This document shows, in pieces, positions 14,401-27,100 of a stretch of DNA of 64,000 nucleotides. This DNA is from Antedon mediterranea (taxonomy: Eukaryota; Animalia; Echinodermata), in assembly GCF_964355755.1 (NCBI RefSeq), contig NC_092678.1, positions 11,840,352-11,904,351 of the forward strand, in the 5' to 3' direction. Position 1 is the stretch's first letter. The number at the start of each line of letters is the position of its first letter. A program made the position numbers and the translations under genes. The notes below the pieces were generated by a model. It worked only from the letters and a program-made list of their open reading frames with translations, was not told the origin of the DNA and made no database searches.

Positions 14401-17400
14401 ACGATTTTTTTATAAACCTGAAATTAGACACTTACTGAAGAATCACCCAGCCATGTATTTAAAGAATTACAACTTTGAATGGATTAGAAGCCATTTTTAT
14501 GTCCAAAAGTAGTTGGACACAAAGATGGCTGATAGTGTCCCACGTGACTTTCTAAAACAATGAACAGGAGGTTGCAACTCTCTTATTAAGAAGGATTAAT
14601 CAATGAGGCTAGCCTGGTAAAAATTATGATGACTGCTAGTCTTGCCTGTGGGTTCAGCTGGAAGGGTTACCCTCTCTAAATAAAGTGGAAATGAAATGAC
14701 AGAAAATAATTTAGTGTTTCAAACCTACCAGGACACTTTGTTTATCATCCATTGTTCCTCTTCCATAAATAAATCCATCATCTTCAATTCCTTGGAAAGG
14801 GGGAACCGACCACATCGATTCTTCCACTGGGACAACGTCCAGATGAGCACATAACAGATATGGTGTTAATTGAGAGGATGACCCCTTCACAGTATATAAA
14901 AGACTGTATTCATTGATTACTTCTAGGCTCACAAGGACAGATGAGTGGATCAAAGGATACTCTACAAAATCAAACAATTTACATCTCTTTTGTATGTTTT
15001 GCATTCTGTAATGAATATTCAATAATTTTGATGGTTTTTTGTTGTTGCAATAATTCCATTTTAAAAAGAACTTCCTGTTTAAAAGAAAAATCCACTTACT
15101 TATTTTTTAAAGAATATCAAGGAAATCCCCTCCTAAAACGCTAATCGTCGTTAGACATTGCGCGTCTTACTTGTGTTCGCCACTCAGTACGTTTTTGAGC
15201 TAGCATGTGTATAGGTCCGCGTGTGAAAAGTTCTGTTTCCTTTTTTATGTTTGCCATCCATGTTGTTTTTGGTCTTCCTTTTGGTTTTTTGGTCTTTCTC
15301 TGAGCCTCTCCGAGTGCGATCTTAGCTGGTGTGTTTTCATTTAAACGGAGCAGGTGACCATACTATGTCAGCCTTCTTTTCTTTATGTTCTTACTCCACT
15401 CATTTTCTCCTGTTCTTTTGTACAAATCTTCATTTTTTATTTTCTCCGGCCACCTTATACCTATTATTCTCTTTAGGAATTTTCTTTGAAAGACATCGAT
15501 TTCGCTTTTTAGTGATGCTGTCATTGTCCACAGTTCACAATTATACAGAAAGATGCTTGTAATGTATACGTTGAAGACTCTCATTTTCAGGTTTATTGTT
15601 ATTTTTCTATTTTGGAGTATGTGATTTATCTTGCTGAAAGCTGCTAATGCGAGACGTTTTCTGTTATTAACATCCTCTCTGGTTCCCAATTTACTTCCAA
15701 GGAATTTGCAGTTTCGCCAGTCTTCATTTCCTTTCCTTTTTATTTTAAAATCTTCGGTTTTTGACGGGTTAACTTTTAGATTATAGTCTTGTAGATACCG
15801 TGGAATGTCTGTATTTATTTCATTTATATATTCTTGTGAGGTAGATACAAAAGATATGTCATCTGCATATTGAATGTTTAATGTAAATTCAGGTGTATAT
15901 TGTTTTTGTTGACGTTGCTCTTGTTCATATTTTTGTAGGATATGTGCTAGATATGTAATGAAAAGGATGGGACTAAGACAGTCTCCCTGTGGTACTCCTA
16001 TGTTTGATTTAATTGGGTCGCCTATTTCCTTTCCAATCCTTACTCTAAGATCTACTTGTTCTATGAGAATTTTGATAATATTTAGCTCTTCTGGTTCAAG
16101 GATGTGAGATATTATATCAATTAATTTTTTCCTGTCTACAGTATCAAAAGCACTGCTCATGTCTAACATGAGTACATTTATTTCGTAGTCTGATGATGTG
16201 ATTGCTTTTTCTGCTAGTGTTCGGAGAGTAAACACATGTTCAGTGACACTCCTTCCTTTACAGTATGCTGCCAGTGAGGGTGGTATAATGGTCTCAAGCT
16301 TATCATCAATTCTATTTATAAGGCAAATGGCCAAAACTTTTCTAATGATATTTAGGAGGACAACTGGTCTAAGGTTCTTTACGATACCCTTTTGTTTGCC
16401 TGGTTTATGTAATGGAACTATGATACCTTCTGTGATATCATGGGGCGCCTTTCCTGTCATAACCATATCATTAAACATAGTTGCAATACTACTGAAAATG
16501 TTGTCAGGTGCATATTTTATAAGTTCAGAGTGAACCTCATCTGGCCCTGGGCTCTTCCCATTTTTCAGTTTCTTGGCAGCTAATTTAATTTCTTCTATCT
16601 TAAATGGATGTTTCATCCTTATCTTATCAATTCCTAGGTTCTTCTCAACTCCTTTCTTCTCATAGACTTCTCTGAAATAACTTGTTACAATTTTTACTTG
16701 TTCTGTTTCATTGGTAATTATGCTATTTCTACAGTCGTATACAAAACTTTTATCCGTTTTTTCTGTTCTTTTTAGATGTCTTATTGCTTGAAACATTTTA
16801 TTTGGTTCATCTTTTATTTTCTCAAGTTCTTCAATTTGTCTACTTATTGTTTTTTCTTCCTCATATTTTATCCTACTATGAATTTCCTTAAGTACTATAT
16901 TTCGTTGTTTTTTCATTTTAATCCTATCATCATTTTGTTTGCATGCATTTATTTCTAGCCTAAGTTTCTTTTGTTTCTGAGAAAGTTTCTTAATTTCATC
17001 ATTTTGTATTTTATTTGCTCTTCGAGTTTCTTTAAATCCTACTACTGTACATTTATTGCTGCATCTTTACAGACGTCTGCAATAAGCCCCCATCGTTTAA
17101 AAGTGTCAACGTTAGTTAGCTTATCTGTATCTAAAGACTCTTTCACTTTATTCTGGTATTTTTCTTGATTAGTCCTTTCATTTAATTTTTCTACGTCAAT
17201 TACTCTACACTTCTTTTTTTGTTTCATCTTAAAATATTGCAACCTAAGTTGTGTTTTTACTATTCTATGATCAGTTTCTACATCAATTCCGCTGTAAGAT
17301 CTAGAGTTAGTGACAAAATTAAAATTTCTCTTCCTAATCATAATGTAATCTACTTGATTTCTATAGGGATTTCTACGTGGCGTACCGTCCTTGTCATTAT

Positions 17401-19006
17401 GTGGTTTAACCCTGACTGGCATAACCCATGTCATTCTATGTGACATTTTGTGTTCGAACATAGTATTCATGAGTAGGAGTTTATGTCTCATTGCCATCTC
17501 CAAAAGTGCTATTCCATTGCTGTTTAGTGTTCCTTTACTATGTTGGCCCATGCATTGTGCAAACCCCTGATGGTACCCAGATCCGGTCTTAGCATTCATG
17601 TCCCCCGCAATGATTAGTAGGTTTCTATTGCTAACAGTAACACTGTTTATAATGCTCTCGAGTTCGTCATAATATTGCTCCCTAATTGCTGGATGCTTTT
17701 CACTTACACTTAGCGTGTGCGCATATGTTGAAATAAAATTTACATACCTCTGTTTTCTTGAATTTTCTCCCTTTATCCTAAAAATAGCCATACACGTTCT
17801 ATCAGAGAATCGTTTAAATTTAGCACACAAACCCTTCTGTATACCTACACCGTGATGCGCATTCTTTTCCGATCCCGTATGGAAAAGCTCATATTTATCT
17901 TCTCCTATGCCAGGCAGGTCAATAACACCTGTTCCATGCAGGTGAGTCTCTTGCACGCCGAGTACTTGTACATTGTATCGTAGTAGGTCTGAGGCTAGGT
18001 CCTTCTTCTTTTTGTGAGGTCTAATTCCTGTAACATTCAGGCTTCCAAAAGCTAGATTTTCACATATACGGCGACTAATACACATATTGCTTGCTTTTCA
18101 AAACGCACGGAGGGCGAAAATACTGTGAGATTTAGACGTTTTTGATGTTATTATTCTTAGTGTTTCTAAGCTAGTGCGGCGTCACCCAACACTTCCCCAA
18201 GGAAATAATCAAGCAAAATTGTATTCTAACCATAATGAAATAGATATTCAATATGGTGGATTAGAGTTGTTTTGGTGTCATTTATTGTGATAAAACTTGA
18301 CATTTTATGATAGAAATACTATATATACTGTAAAAATAAAAGATGCCCAAGGTCAGCATTAATGTTGTTTTTGTGCATGATTGATTCTACACACTGATTG
18401 GCCAGAAGTTATACCAGCTCTTCATAATATAATGGATAACAAATGCAACAGCTTTATGACACACAAATAAATTTCCTGCTTATGAAAATAAGTAACAGGT
18501 CTAAGACATCTAGACTCAACTCTTGGGAAGACGGAGAAACAAAGGTTTACCTACCTTCTTGAGGATCAAAAACAAAGGCTAGGCTAGACCATACATGAGT
18601 GAGGTGACCCATAAACTAAATGTATACTGACGACGTAGGCTAGGCCTAGGCCGGATAGGCCTACGTACGAGGCCTGGGAAGAGTGAAACTCTGCCCTCTT
18701 AAACTAAGCACTGGATCTTACTACTTTAAACTTGCCTTTTGAAAGGAATTCTCGAAATCTGATGAGCTCTGATTTGTTAGATCTTGAATAATCTGTATAT
18801 GAAATTGTTTGAAATTGAACAGCATTTTGCAGGCGGCCAATGAGATGGTCGTCAGCTTGAATAAAGTCCGTGTTTATCGATGGCACTTGTTGAACATGCT
18901 GGGGTTGCTCTGTACTTAGAATAACCATTCTAAGTAGGCAAATCGTAAATAAACAACCTAATATTACTAGTAATGCCTTTCCAATAATGTGTATGATACT
19001 CGCCAT
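6528..19006 (-). CDS. PM20D1: N-fatty-acyl-amino acid synthase/hydrolase PM20D1 (M20 peptidase family), 11 coding exons, ~512 aa
   Basis: Phase-consistent exons 18736-19006, 14729-14961, 12652-12738, 11840-11976, 10939-11061, 10312-10387, 10023-10084, 9414-9492, 9221-9292, 8896-9064, 6528-6757 (1539 nt). N-terminal hydrophobic segment; M20 motifs AHLDVVP, GRGTMDDK, AFGHDEE, LLDEG, GHSSIPP, ANTDTRHY, RFHGNDERI. Confidence 0.92.
6843..8890. repeat. 41-bp minisatellite filling the last PM20D1 intron
   Basis: (gtgagagagggtaggtttagtaagacatctacaagttgcta)n, about 50 copies with deletion variants. Confidence 0.95.
12912..14448. mobile_element. Non-autonomous DNA transposon (Sola2-like) in PM20D1 intron 2
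   Basis: 25-bp TIRs GGGTCATTCTTCAGTAAGTGTCTAA / TTAGACACTTACTGAAGAATCACCC (1 mismatch); 4-bp TSD AGCC; no transposase ORF. Superfamily inferred from GRG terminus plus 4-bp TSD. Confidence 0.8.
15140..18150 (-). mobile_element. Near full-length RTE-group LINE (APE endonuclease + RT), disrupted
   Basis: ORF 17042-18085 has APE motifs (GSLNV, LGVQET, IAGDMNA, VDYIM, TDH). ORF 15363-16916 has RT motifs (KSPGPD, LDMSSAFDTV, GVPQGDCLSP, QYADD). Frameshift near 17045 and a stop at 15363 followed by YGHLLRL...GRPKTTW. Ends approximate. Confidence 0.9.
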
Positions 19007-21139
19007 TTCAAGGCTTCCTCCGTCCGTTGCGTCTTGTTGTAGGGCTAACAGAGTTGTTGCAACCTATGAACTCATTATCACAAATAAATGAACGTGATCC
19101 AGGGACGCAAATAGGCGGCGTTTGTCACAGAAATCGGTATATCAAAGGATTTTTTGTTTATACTGTACTGGTACCTATGAATTTGTTGTGCAATAGTCTA
19201 GCTAGTTCACATTACCTTGTATGAAAAACCACAAACACATTTTAATACCACCTGTAATTAATATGCTTGTAATATGATTTTTAATGATATATTGTCCCTC
19301 AAAAAAATAATTTGTACATATTTTTTATTTGGGAAATGCCATTTGAATGACATTATTAATAGTTTCACTTTGACAAAAAATTGGATCGAAAATGATTTAC
19401 CTGTAATTTTAAGCAAAAAAAATAGTATTTAATAGTAGACAATGGTTTTGGTTAAATTTAATCATTTATTTTGTCTTTTTGAAAGCGAGTGAAATCACTG
19501 TCACCAAAATGGCCTATTCAAAGTCTGATTTTATTAATCTTAATTTAACTGTTCTAAATCTACAAAAACAATTTATTTTGTTTATATTGTTGTAATATTA
19601 TCAATACAAGAAATACAGGCCTACCAATTTTTGTCTTAGTCTTAGCGCAAAATATAAACTGAGTGGCATAGCTGGGGCAGAATTGTTATTGCTGAGTAGG
19701 TATGTGAATCCAGAAAAATAAAGATTATTTAATACACACACAGTGAATTTGTTTATATTGTATACAAAATTCAAAACACCAGATGCCATAGGGGAAATCT
19801 TACAGAATATTCATTACTACTGTACTACTACTACTACTACTACTTAGTCACTAATTATTATTGTCCTCCCAAAACATGAAAAACAAAGATTAATAAAATC
19901 AGAATTTGAATAGTCTGTTTAAATCAATCACTTTCGTAGGAAAGAAAAGAGCCAAGGGCAGCCAATTTGACTATTTTAATTTAGGGTAACAATTTTTTGG
20001 TGTTAAAAGTGACTAACTATTATGTAACATCTCTGCAAGTTCCTTATGTATGTACATACAACAAAGACAACACATTTGAGATCAAGCTTATTTTATTATG
20101 CAAACTCTTCAGTAAATAAGTCAACTTTATGTTTTGCATTTAAACATTTATTTACCTACAATGTCATGGTAACAAAATAAAAGGTGATACATATGTTATT
20201 CTTATATATCAGTTGAAAATATATATAAGCAAAAAAGTTATAAGTTACTACTCTTCTAATAAATATAAAAGCTGTATAAAAAATATAAACATCTTTATTA
20301 GACATAATTATTAAATGAAAGAATACTAAAGTCTATATTCTGAAAAATATCAAGGTAAGTATTTCAAGATGTAATTTATATTGCAATTTTGTATTGTAAT
20401 TTTTATTCCTTGAAGTAAAAAATAAATGTATGCTTTCAATAGCATATTTAAAATGTGCGCAATTACACACATCAATCTAATACTACCGCATAAGAAAGTT
20501 GACCAGATGTGGTTGGTTATGGTAGAAATACAAGCCTCTTTATTGCAGTGTTTTAAGTCGGTGTAAACCGATTTGAAAAAATACAAAATCGCATAATCTA
20601 TTCTGAACTATATATAGCTAGATTGCTGGGCTTGCGGAGTTTGCTAATGGCTGGAGGTATTCAGTATATAAAACACAAATTAATGGCAGTTGTATTGTGA
20701 AATGATTCAGGTAGCCCATAGGTTTCTTGAGACTATACTGTATATCCCTCCACTAAGCATGTCATGTCATAGTTCAACCTCAAAGGCTTGGGCTAATATT
20801 ATGACAACCCAGTCAATAATTCCACAAACCACAAGTAACATTGATGTGAAATATATGTTGTGTTTCCATAAAGATAAACCAATGTTTAGCCTTAATATTA
20901 TATTTACACTCTAGCTTGACAGATACAGTATAATAATAAAAATGAAAATTAAATACTATGCAGTTAGTGTCATGGAATGGAAGACCTTTTTAATACCCTT
21001 GATACAATATTGTTATAAACATTAGAATTAAACTATGGAGAAAAATGAGAGCATTGGAAGTGTAGCTTTCTTCTAAAATGTTCAACATATTCTCAGTATG
21101 TTACTATGTACGAGTCTTGATTGTCAACCTGCAGGCTGG

Positions 21140-24100
21140 TTAAATGCAGTCATCATCATTCAACATAATGCATTGTTTCTGTAAGATAAAAAATAATTAT
21201 ATTAATAGTAAGCATTCCTAAAAACCTAGATAGATTACAGTTTGTTATGAGCTTTGGGATTAGTACCATTTAGTAGTGTCTTTGAGATTGATAGACATGG
21301 TACCATTTAGTAGTGTCTTTGAGATTGGTAGACATGGTAACATTTAGTAGTGCCTTTGAGATTGGTAGACATGGTACCATTCAGTAGTGTCTTTGAGATT
21401 GATAGACATGGTACCATTTAGTAGTGTCTTTGAGATTGATAGACATAGTACCATTTAGTAGTGCCTTTGAGATTGGTAGACATGGTACCATTTAGTAGTG
21501 TCTTTGAGATTGGTAGACATGGTACCATTTAGTAGTGTCTTTGAGATTGGTAGACATGGTACCATTTAGTAGTGTCTTTGAGATTGGTAGACATAGTACC
21601 ATTTAGTAGTGTCTTTGAGATTGGTAGACATGGTACCATTCAGTAGTGTCTTTGAGATTGGTAGACATAGTACCATTCAGTAGTGCCTTTGAGATTGGTA
21701 GACATGGTACCATTTAGTAGTGTCTTTGAGATTGATAGACATAGTACCATTTAGTAGTGTCTTTGAGATTGATAGACATGGTACCATTAGTAGTGCCTTT
21801 GAGATTGGTAGACATGGTACCATTTAGTAGTGCCTTTGAGATTGGTAGACATGGTACCATTCAGTAGTGTCTTTGAGATTGGTAGACATGGTACCATTCA
21901 GTAGTGCCTTTGAGATTGGTAGACATGGTACCATTTAGTAGTGCCTTTGAGATTGGTAGACATGGTACCATTCAGTAGTGTCTTTGAGATTGGTAGACAT
22001 GGTACCATTTAGTAGTGCCTTTGAGATTGGTAGACATGGTACCATTTAGTAGTGCCTTTGAGATTGGTAGACATGGTACCATTTAGTAGTGTCTTTGAGA
22101 TTGGTAGACATGGTACCATTTAGCAGTGCCTTTGAGATTGGTAGACATGGTACCATTCAGTAGTGCCTTTGAGATTGGTAGACATGGTACCATTTAGTGT
22201 GGTCCTTAAGGCTGTGTGCATGGTCCAGTAGGTAATGAAGCATAGGGATTGATAGACACAGTGTAGTTCCTATAAACTGGGGTCTAATAGATGGGTAGAC
22301 ATAGAAAGTACATTATTGTAATATAATGTGTTGCGTTGTTGAGGTACTAATGAAGACTCTGACTCGCTTGACTGTCGTAACACATTGTTTATTCAGTATA
22401 ATACTTCAGTACAATATACAACTATAAGTATAGATAAGGAACGGACGATCAATGATGCTGTCAGTGAGGTGTGAGGTGCGTAGGTCTGCTTCTGGAGAAG
22501 TGGCTGTAAGGTGTGTGCTCCGTGAGGTGGCTGTAAGGTGTGTCTGGGCCCTTCTGAAACTTGGGAGTATATTGGCTCAGTTCATTTGCATAATGTCACT
22601 ACGTAATCTGTGAGGGTAACGATTGGTCCTAAGTTGATCCAGGGGTGTTTAAGTGGGAGTGATTAACGGTATAATAAGGTATTTCTGTGATGGATGACAC
22701 TGTCAAATCTGTACTTAAATAGTGTCGATCACTCCTGGTTTAACGATGGGAAAAGTCACAAAATTAAGCTAAGTGTTTTCTTTAGGGATTCTATTATAAA
22801 CTAAATGGTCATTAAAACATCTGGACAAACTCTCCTTTGGACTTTCTGGGTCAAGTTTGTGAACCTATTTGAATTCCGATACAAAGGTCAATTTCTTAAA
22901 TATAAAAGTATATCATTGTATTACATCCCTCTGTTTCCCTTTTTTTCTAATCTATTTAACATATAAAATGGTTATAATAGTGGCATGCAAAATTAAAGTT
23001 ATATAAAAGAAAAAAAACATTATTATACATATATGCAAAATTGAGTTAGCCAAAACCATTGACTCTGAAGTGTAACCTTATCACTTTCACTCTCTCTCTT
23101 CTCTCTCTTTAAAAAAATGAAATTAAAAATGAATTTGGTATAAAATTTGCGTAAATCAAACATAAATCAGTTAAAAATAAAAATACAAAACTTAAAAATA
23201 GTATGTTACATTGAACATACACTCATCGCGTTCTAGTGGCCTTCAAACATAAATCATCAAATTAAAACATAAAACTCAAGAAAACTGTGGCTGATTAGCC
23301 TAAAATCAAAATATCAAACTTAATCACTTAAAACTTTAAAGAAACAAATGTGTGTGTCCCGTTGACACAAACTTATCCACAATATATCGTTATCGTCACA
23401 ACTTTATCGATTTAAGCATCTATATTTACAGGTAATTACGATTTCAATCGGTCGACAAATTCGACTTTTGTACTCAATGTCAAAAAAATTACAATTAAAA
23501 GTACTAAGAAAATCTCCTGTTATTGTATATCAATTAATTAATGCTTGAGATTAACGACTCAAAGGTTAAACAAAATATTTGTTACAAAATGATTGTCGTT
23601 CTTTTTAATATCTCAATATATCGATCATTCAAAATTCAAAATTAATCATTATCAAACTCGTTACAAAATCAATACTTAAACATAATTTTAATTCTCTTTT
23701 AACTGAAATCACATCATTACTAAACAAATCTCATCAAATACGTAGACTATGCTATCAATAATTTAGCAAATGTCGTAATTTAAAAAATAATCTTGCAAAA
23801 AAAATTAAATCAGTAATTCGTTGCATTATACAAACGTTTTATGAATCGTTTTGGCGATCCACTTATCGGTATCTGTTTATCATTAATGATCTCTTTAATT
23901 AATTTATCTGTATCGTTATATCTGTCAATATTCCACCAAAATTTGCGATCATTAGATTCGTGTTTTGTTTTATCGGTGTTGCGTTTAGCTGAAGTCGGTT
24001 TTGAATATGAAACTAAAACTTGGAAATGTCCTGCTTTAAATCTACCTCGGTTTAATGTCATATTTGAATCATTAGGTGCTGTCATAATTAGATTAGTTTG

Positions 24101-27100
24101 TTCCTTGATTTGTTGTTCTTTCATTTGGAATGGGGCTGCTAATCCCATGTTATTCTCTACACAGTCAATGTAAGGTTGCAAGTTAAGGGGTTCTATCTTA
24201 GTTGGAGGTATAACTATTGATGGAGAAATGCTTACAGACCTTCGTTTTGCGGATGACGTGGCATTGATTTCAACATCAGTTGCAGATATGAAAAACCAAC
24301 TCTCAAGTCTGAATAAGGAGAGTAAATCAATCGGACTAACTATGCACAAAGACAAAACAAAATACATGACTAACTTTGACACACAGGAAGACATTGAAAT
24401 AGAGGGCCGGAAACTAGAAAAAGTGGAAGAATATAAATATCTAGGACAAACACTGAAAATGGAAGACACCACGAAGGAAGAAGTTATGTTAAGAATAAAA
24501 GCAGGATGGATGAATTTTGGCAGACACAAACACATGTTGACTGACAAGAGTATACCAATGTCACTGAGAAAGAAATTATTTAACCAATGTGTGCTATCAA
24601 GTATGACATATGGTTCAGAGACATGGGCAATAACAAAGGAACTTGAACAGAAACTTACAACTACTCAAAGAGCAATGGAAAGGAAGATGATGAACTTATC
24701 GCTTCGAGACAGGGTAAATCATACAATCATAAGAAAAAAGACAGGTGTTACAGATATAATGGAGAAAGTAAGACAATCAAAATGGAGATGGGCTGGGCAT
24801 GTGGCGAGATTTCAAGATAATAGATGGACATACAGATTAACAGAATGGCAACCAAGGGTAGGAAAGAGGAAAAGAGGAAGACAAAAAAGAAGGTGGAGAG
24901 ATGATCTAACAACATACATTGGAACGGCTGCATGGACTAGGACAGCAAGAATTAGACAGAAATGGAAATGTTATGAGGAGGGCTTCATTCAACAATGGAT
25001 GAACTAATTGCCTAGATAGATAGATAGATCTTAGTTGGATGTGTAAGGGTATCTGATTGCAATTGGGCGGGTGTCCTATCATGTTCGTCTACAAATTCAA
25101 CATTGATTTCGTCATTTACTACATTAATGGTGTTTTGGATTTTATCGTTATTATCATCAGTGGGTTCATTCAACAATTGTTTAAGTTTTTGTAGATGTGT
25201 AACATTTTTGCGTTCTTTGGGTGTTCTCATAAAACAGGGTTTCAGTCTGTTATAATTGAATACGTCGCGAAGTATTTATCCTTTAATCGTCGCTAGGATG
25301 TAGTGTGTTCTGTCTAGTACTTCATGAATCACTAATGGTCCGACCCATTCTGCGGCGATTTTCTTTTAATTTGCCGTTAGTGATGATGATGTTGGCTTGT
25401 ATAAATATACGAGTTGTCCTACTGAGTAAATTGGACTTTTTTCTAAGCGTTGGGAAATTTTTGAGTTTTGGACGTTTTGTTGTGTTCGCTGTAATTGTAG
25501 CATTGTCTGTGAAATGTTTTGAAATTTCTTCTTGAGGTGTTCAAAGTATTCTTCATAGGAATGAGACAATCCTGAAATAGGGTTAAATGCTAATGAGGTC
25601 AAACTTGGAGGTTGGCGGCCAAAAACTAATTCGTAAGGGGAGTGGTTTCCTAAATGTGGGGATGAAAACGAGTTATAAGCATAACATGTTGTTGATACAA
25701 ATCTAACCCAATCTGTTCCGAATTGGTTAAGGTTGACCTTTAACAGGTCCGATACAGTGCGGATATGACGTTCAACTTGTAAACTACCGTGATTGTGGAC
25801 GCTGATGATTTTCCTATCAATATTAAGGGTGTTACATAATAGTGTTAATAATTTTCCTGTAAGGGAGGTTGCTGCATCTGAAATAAGACGAGATGGGGGT
25901 CCAAAAATACTGATGACCTTTTGAATTAGTGCTTCACAAATTGTTTCGGCATCAATGGATTTCAAAGGTACACAAATCAAAAATCTAGTTATCTCATCAC
26001 ATACTACCATAATATGTTTAAAACCTGAAGGCGATGTTGGCATACTCTTAAAATCTAGGCTGAGTGTATGAAAGGGACGGTAAGTTGCTGGTACTCGATC
26101 GTGTAAAGGACGTAATTTATCGGTTTTGGGACGAAATTGTTGACATCTAAGACACGCTTGGGTATAATTGTTGACTTTCTCGAACATAAGAGGCATGTAA
26201 AATAATTTCCTAATAGTAAGGTAAGTACGCATCGTACCTTGGTGGCTACTTAACAAATTGTCGTGATACTGAGAAATAACAGTCTCTGCTAAGTTTTCAG
26301 GAACAGCTAATTGCAATACAAATTCTCCACCTTTATCTTGGAAAAATAAACGGAATAGTAAACCGTTGCACAATATGTACTGCTCTGACTTATTCTGAAC
26401 TGCACGAGCTGCTTTCTTATCAGCTGGAAGGATATCATGAACTAAATAATCGTAAACTGGCTTAAAAAATGGTGAAGTTTCTTGTTCAACACGTAATTGT
26501 TTAACATCTACTGGGAGGTTATAATCTCTAATTATCTTTCTTTGAATAACATCCATTAATCTATCTAAGTCTTGTTGTTTTGGGATGTGTGCTGACTTAA
26601 ATTCAGTTATGTTGGGTACTAGTGGTTTGGGCGATGTATACAATTCAACTGGTACATTTCGATGTGTAGTGTCTTTGCTTTGTTTATTTTTGTCTACTAG
26701 TCGTTCCTCTGGAGGTTGTCGAATGTTTACATTACGTATTGGGGGTGGTGTTACGATGGGTGGCGTTGTGATGGGCGGTGATCGATGTGCGTTTGTTTGT
26801 TGTCTCGTGATTATTTGCGGTGTAGCGGTAGGTTGAGGTGTAGGTCGCGTGTTTGTTGTCACTGGGTTTTGATTAATGACGGGCGTTTGTACTGGTTTGG
26901 GTTTATGTAGGTCAGGTATATTTATTCCCATTTTCTTGGCGTATGACCTTGTTACTGGTCTGCAAGTAGATGTGTTTGTAATCGGGTTAAGAGATTCAGT
27001 CTCTGTAATATTAAATGCAATGGGTACAACTTGATCAATTTCGGAATCGTCGTCACGAGGGGCTCGGGAGAGAAAATCTGCTAAAACTAATTCAGTTCCT

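Noticed and set aside
22947-23809. Possible env/ORF3 in the Gypsy 3' region
   Set aside because: AT-rich with no long ORF or hydrophobic segment.
23810-24547. 245-aa minus-strand ORF as an independent gene
   Set aside because: Chimera of LINE antisense sequence and the Gypsy Pol tail across the insertion junction.
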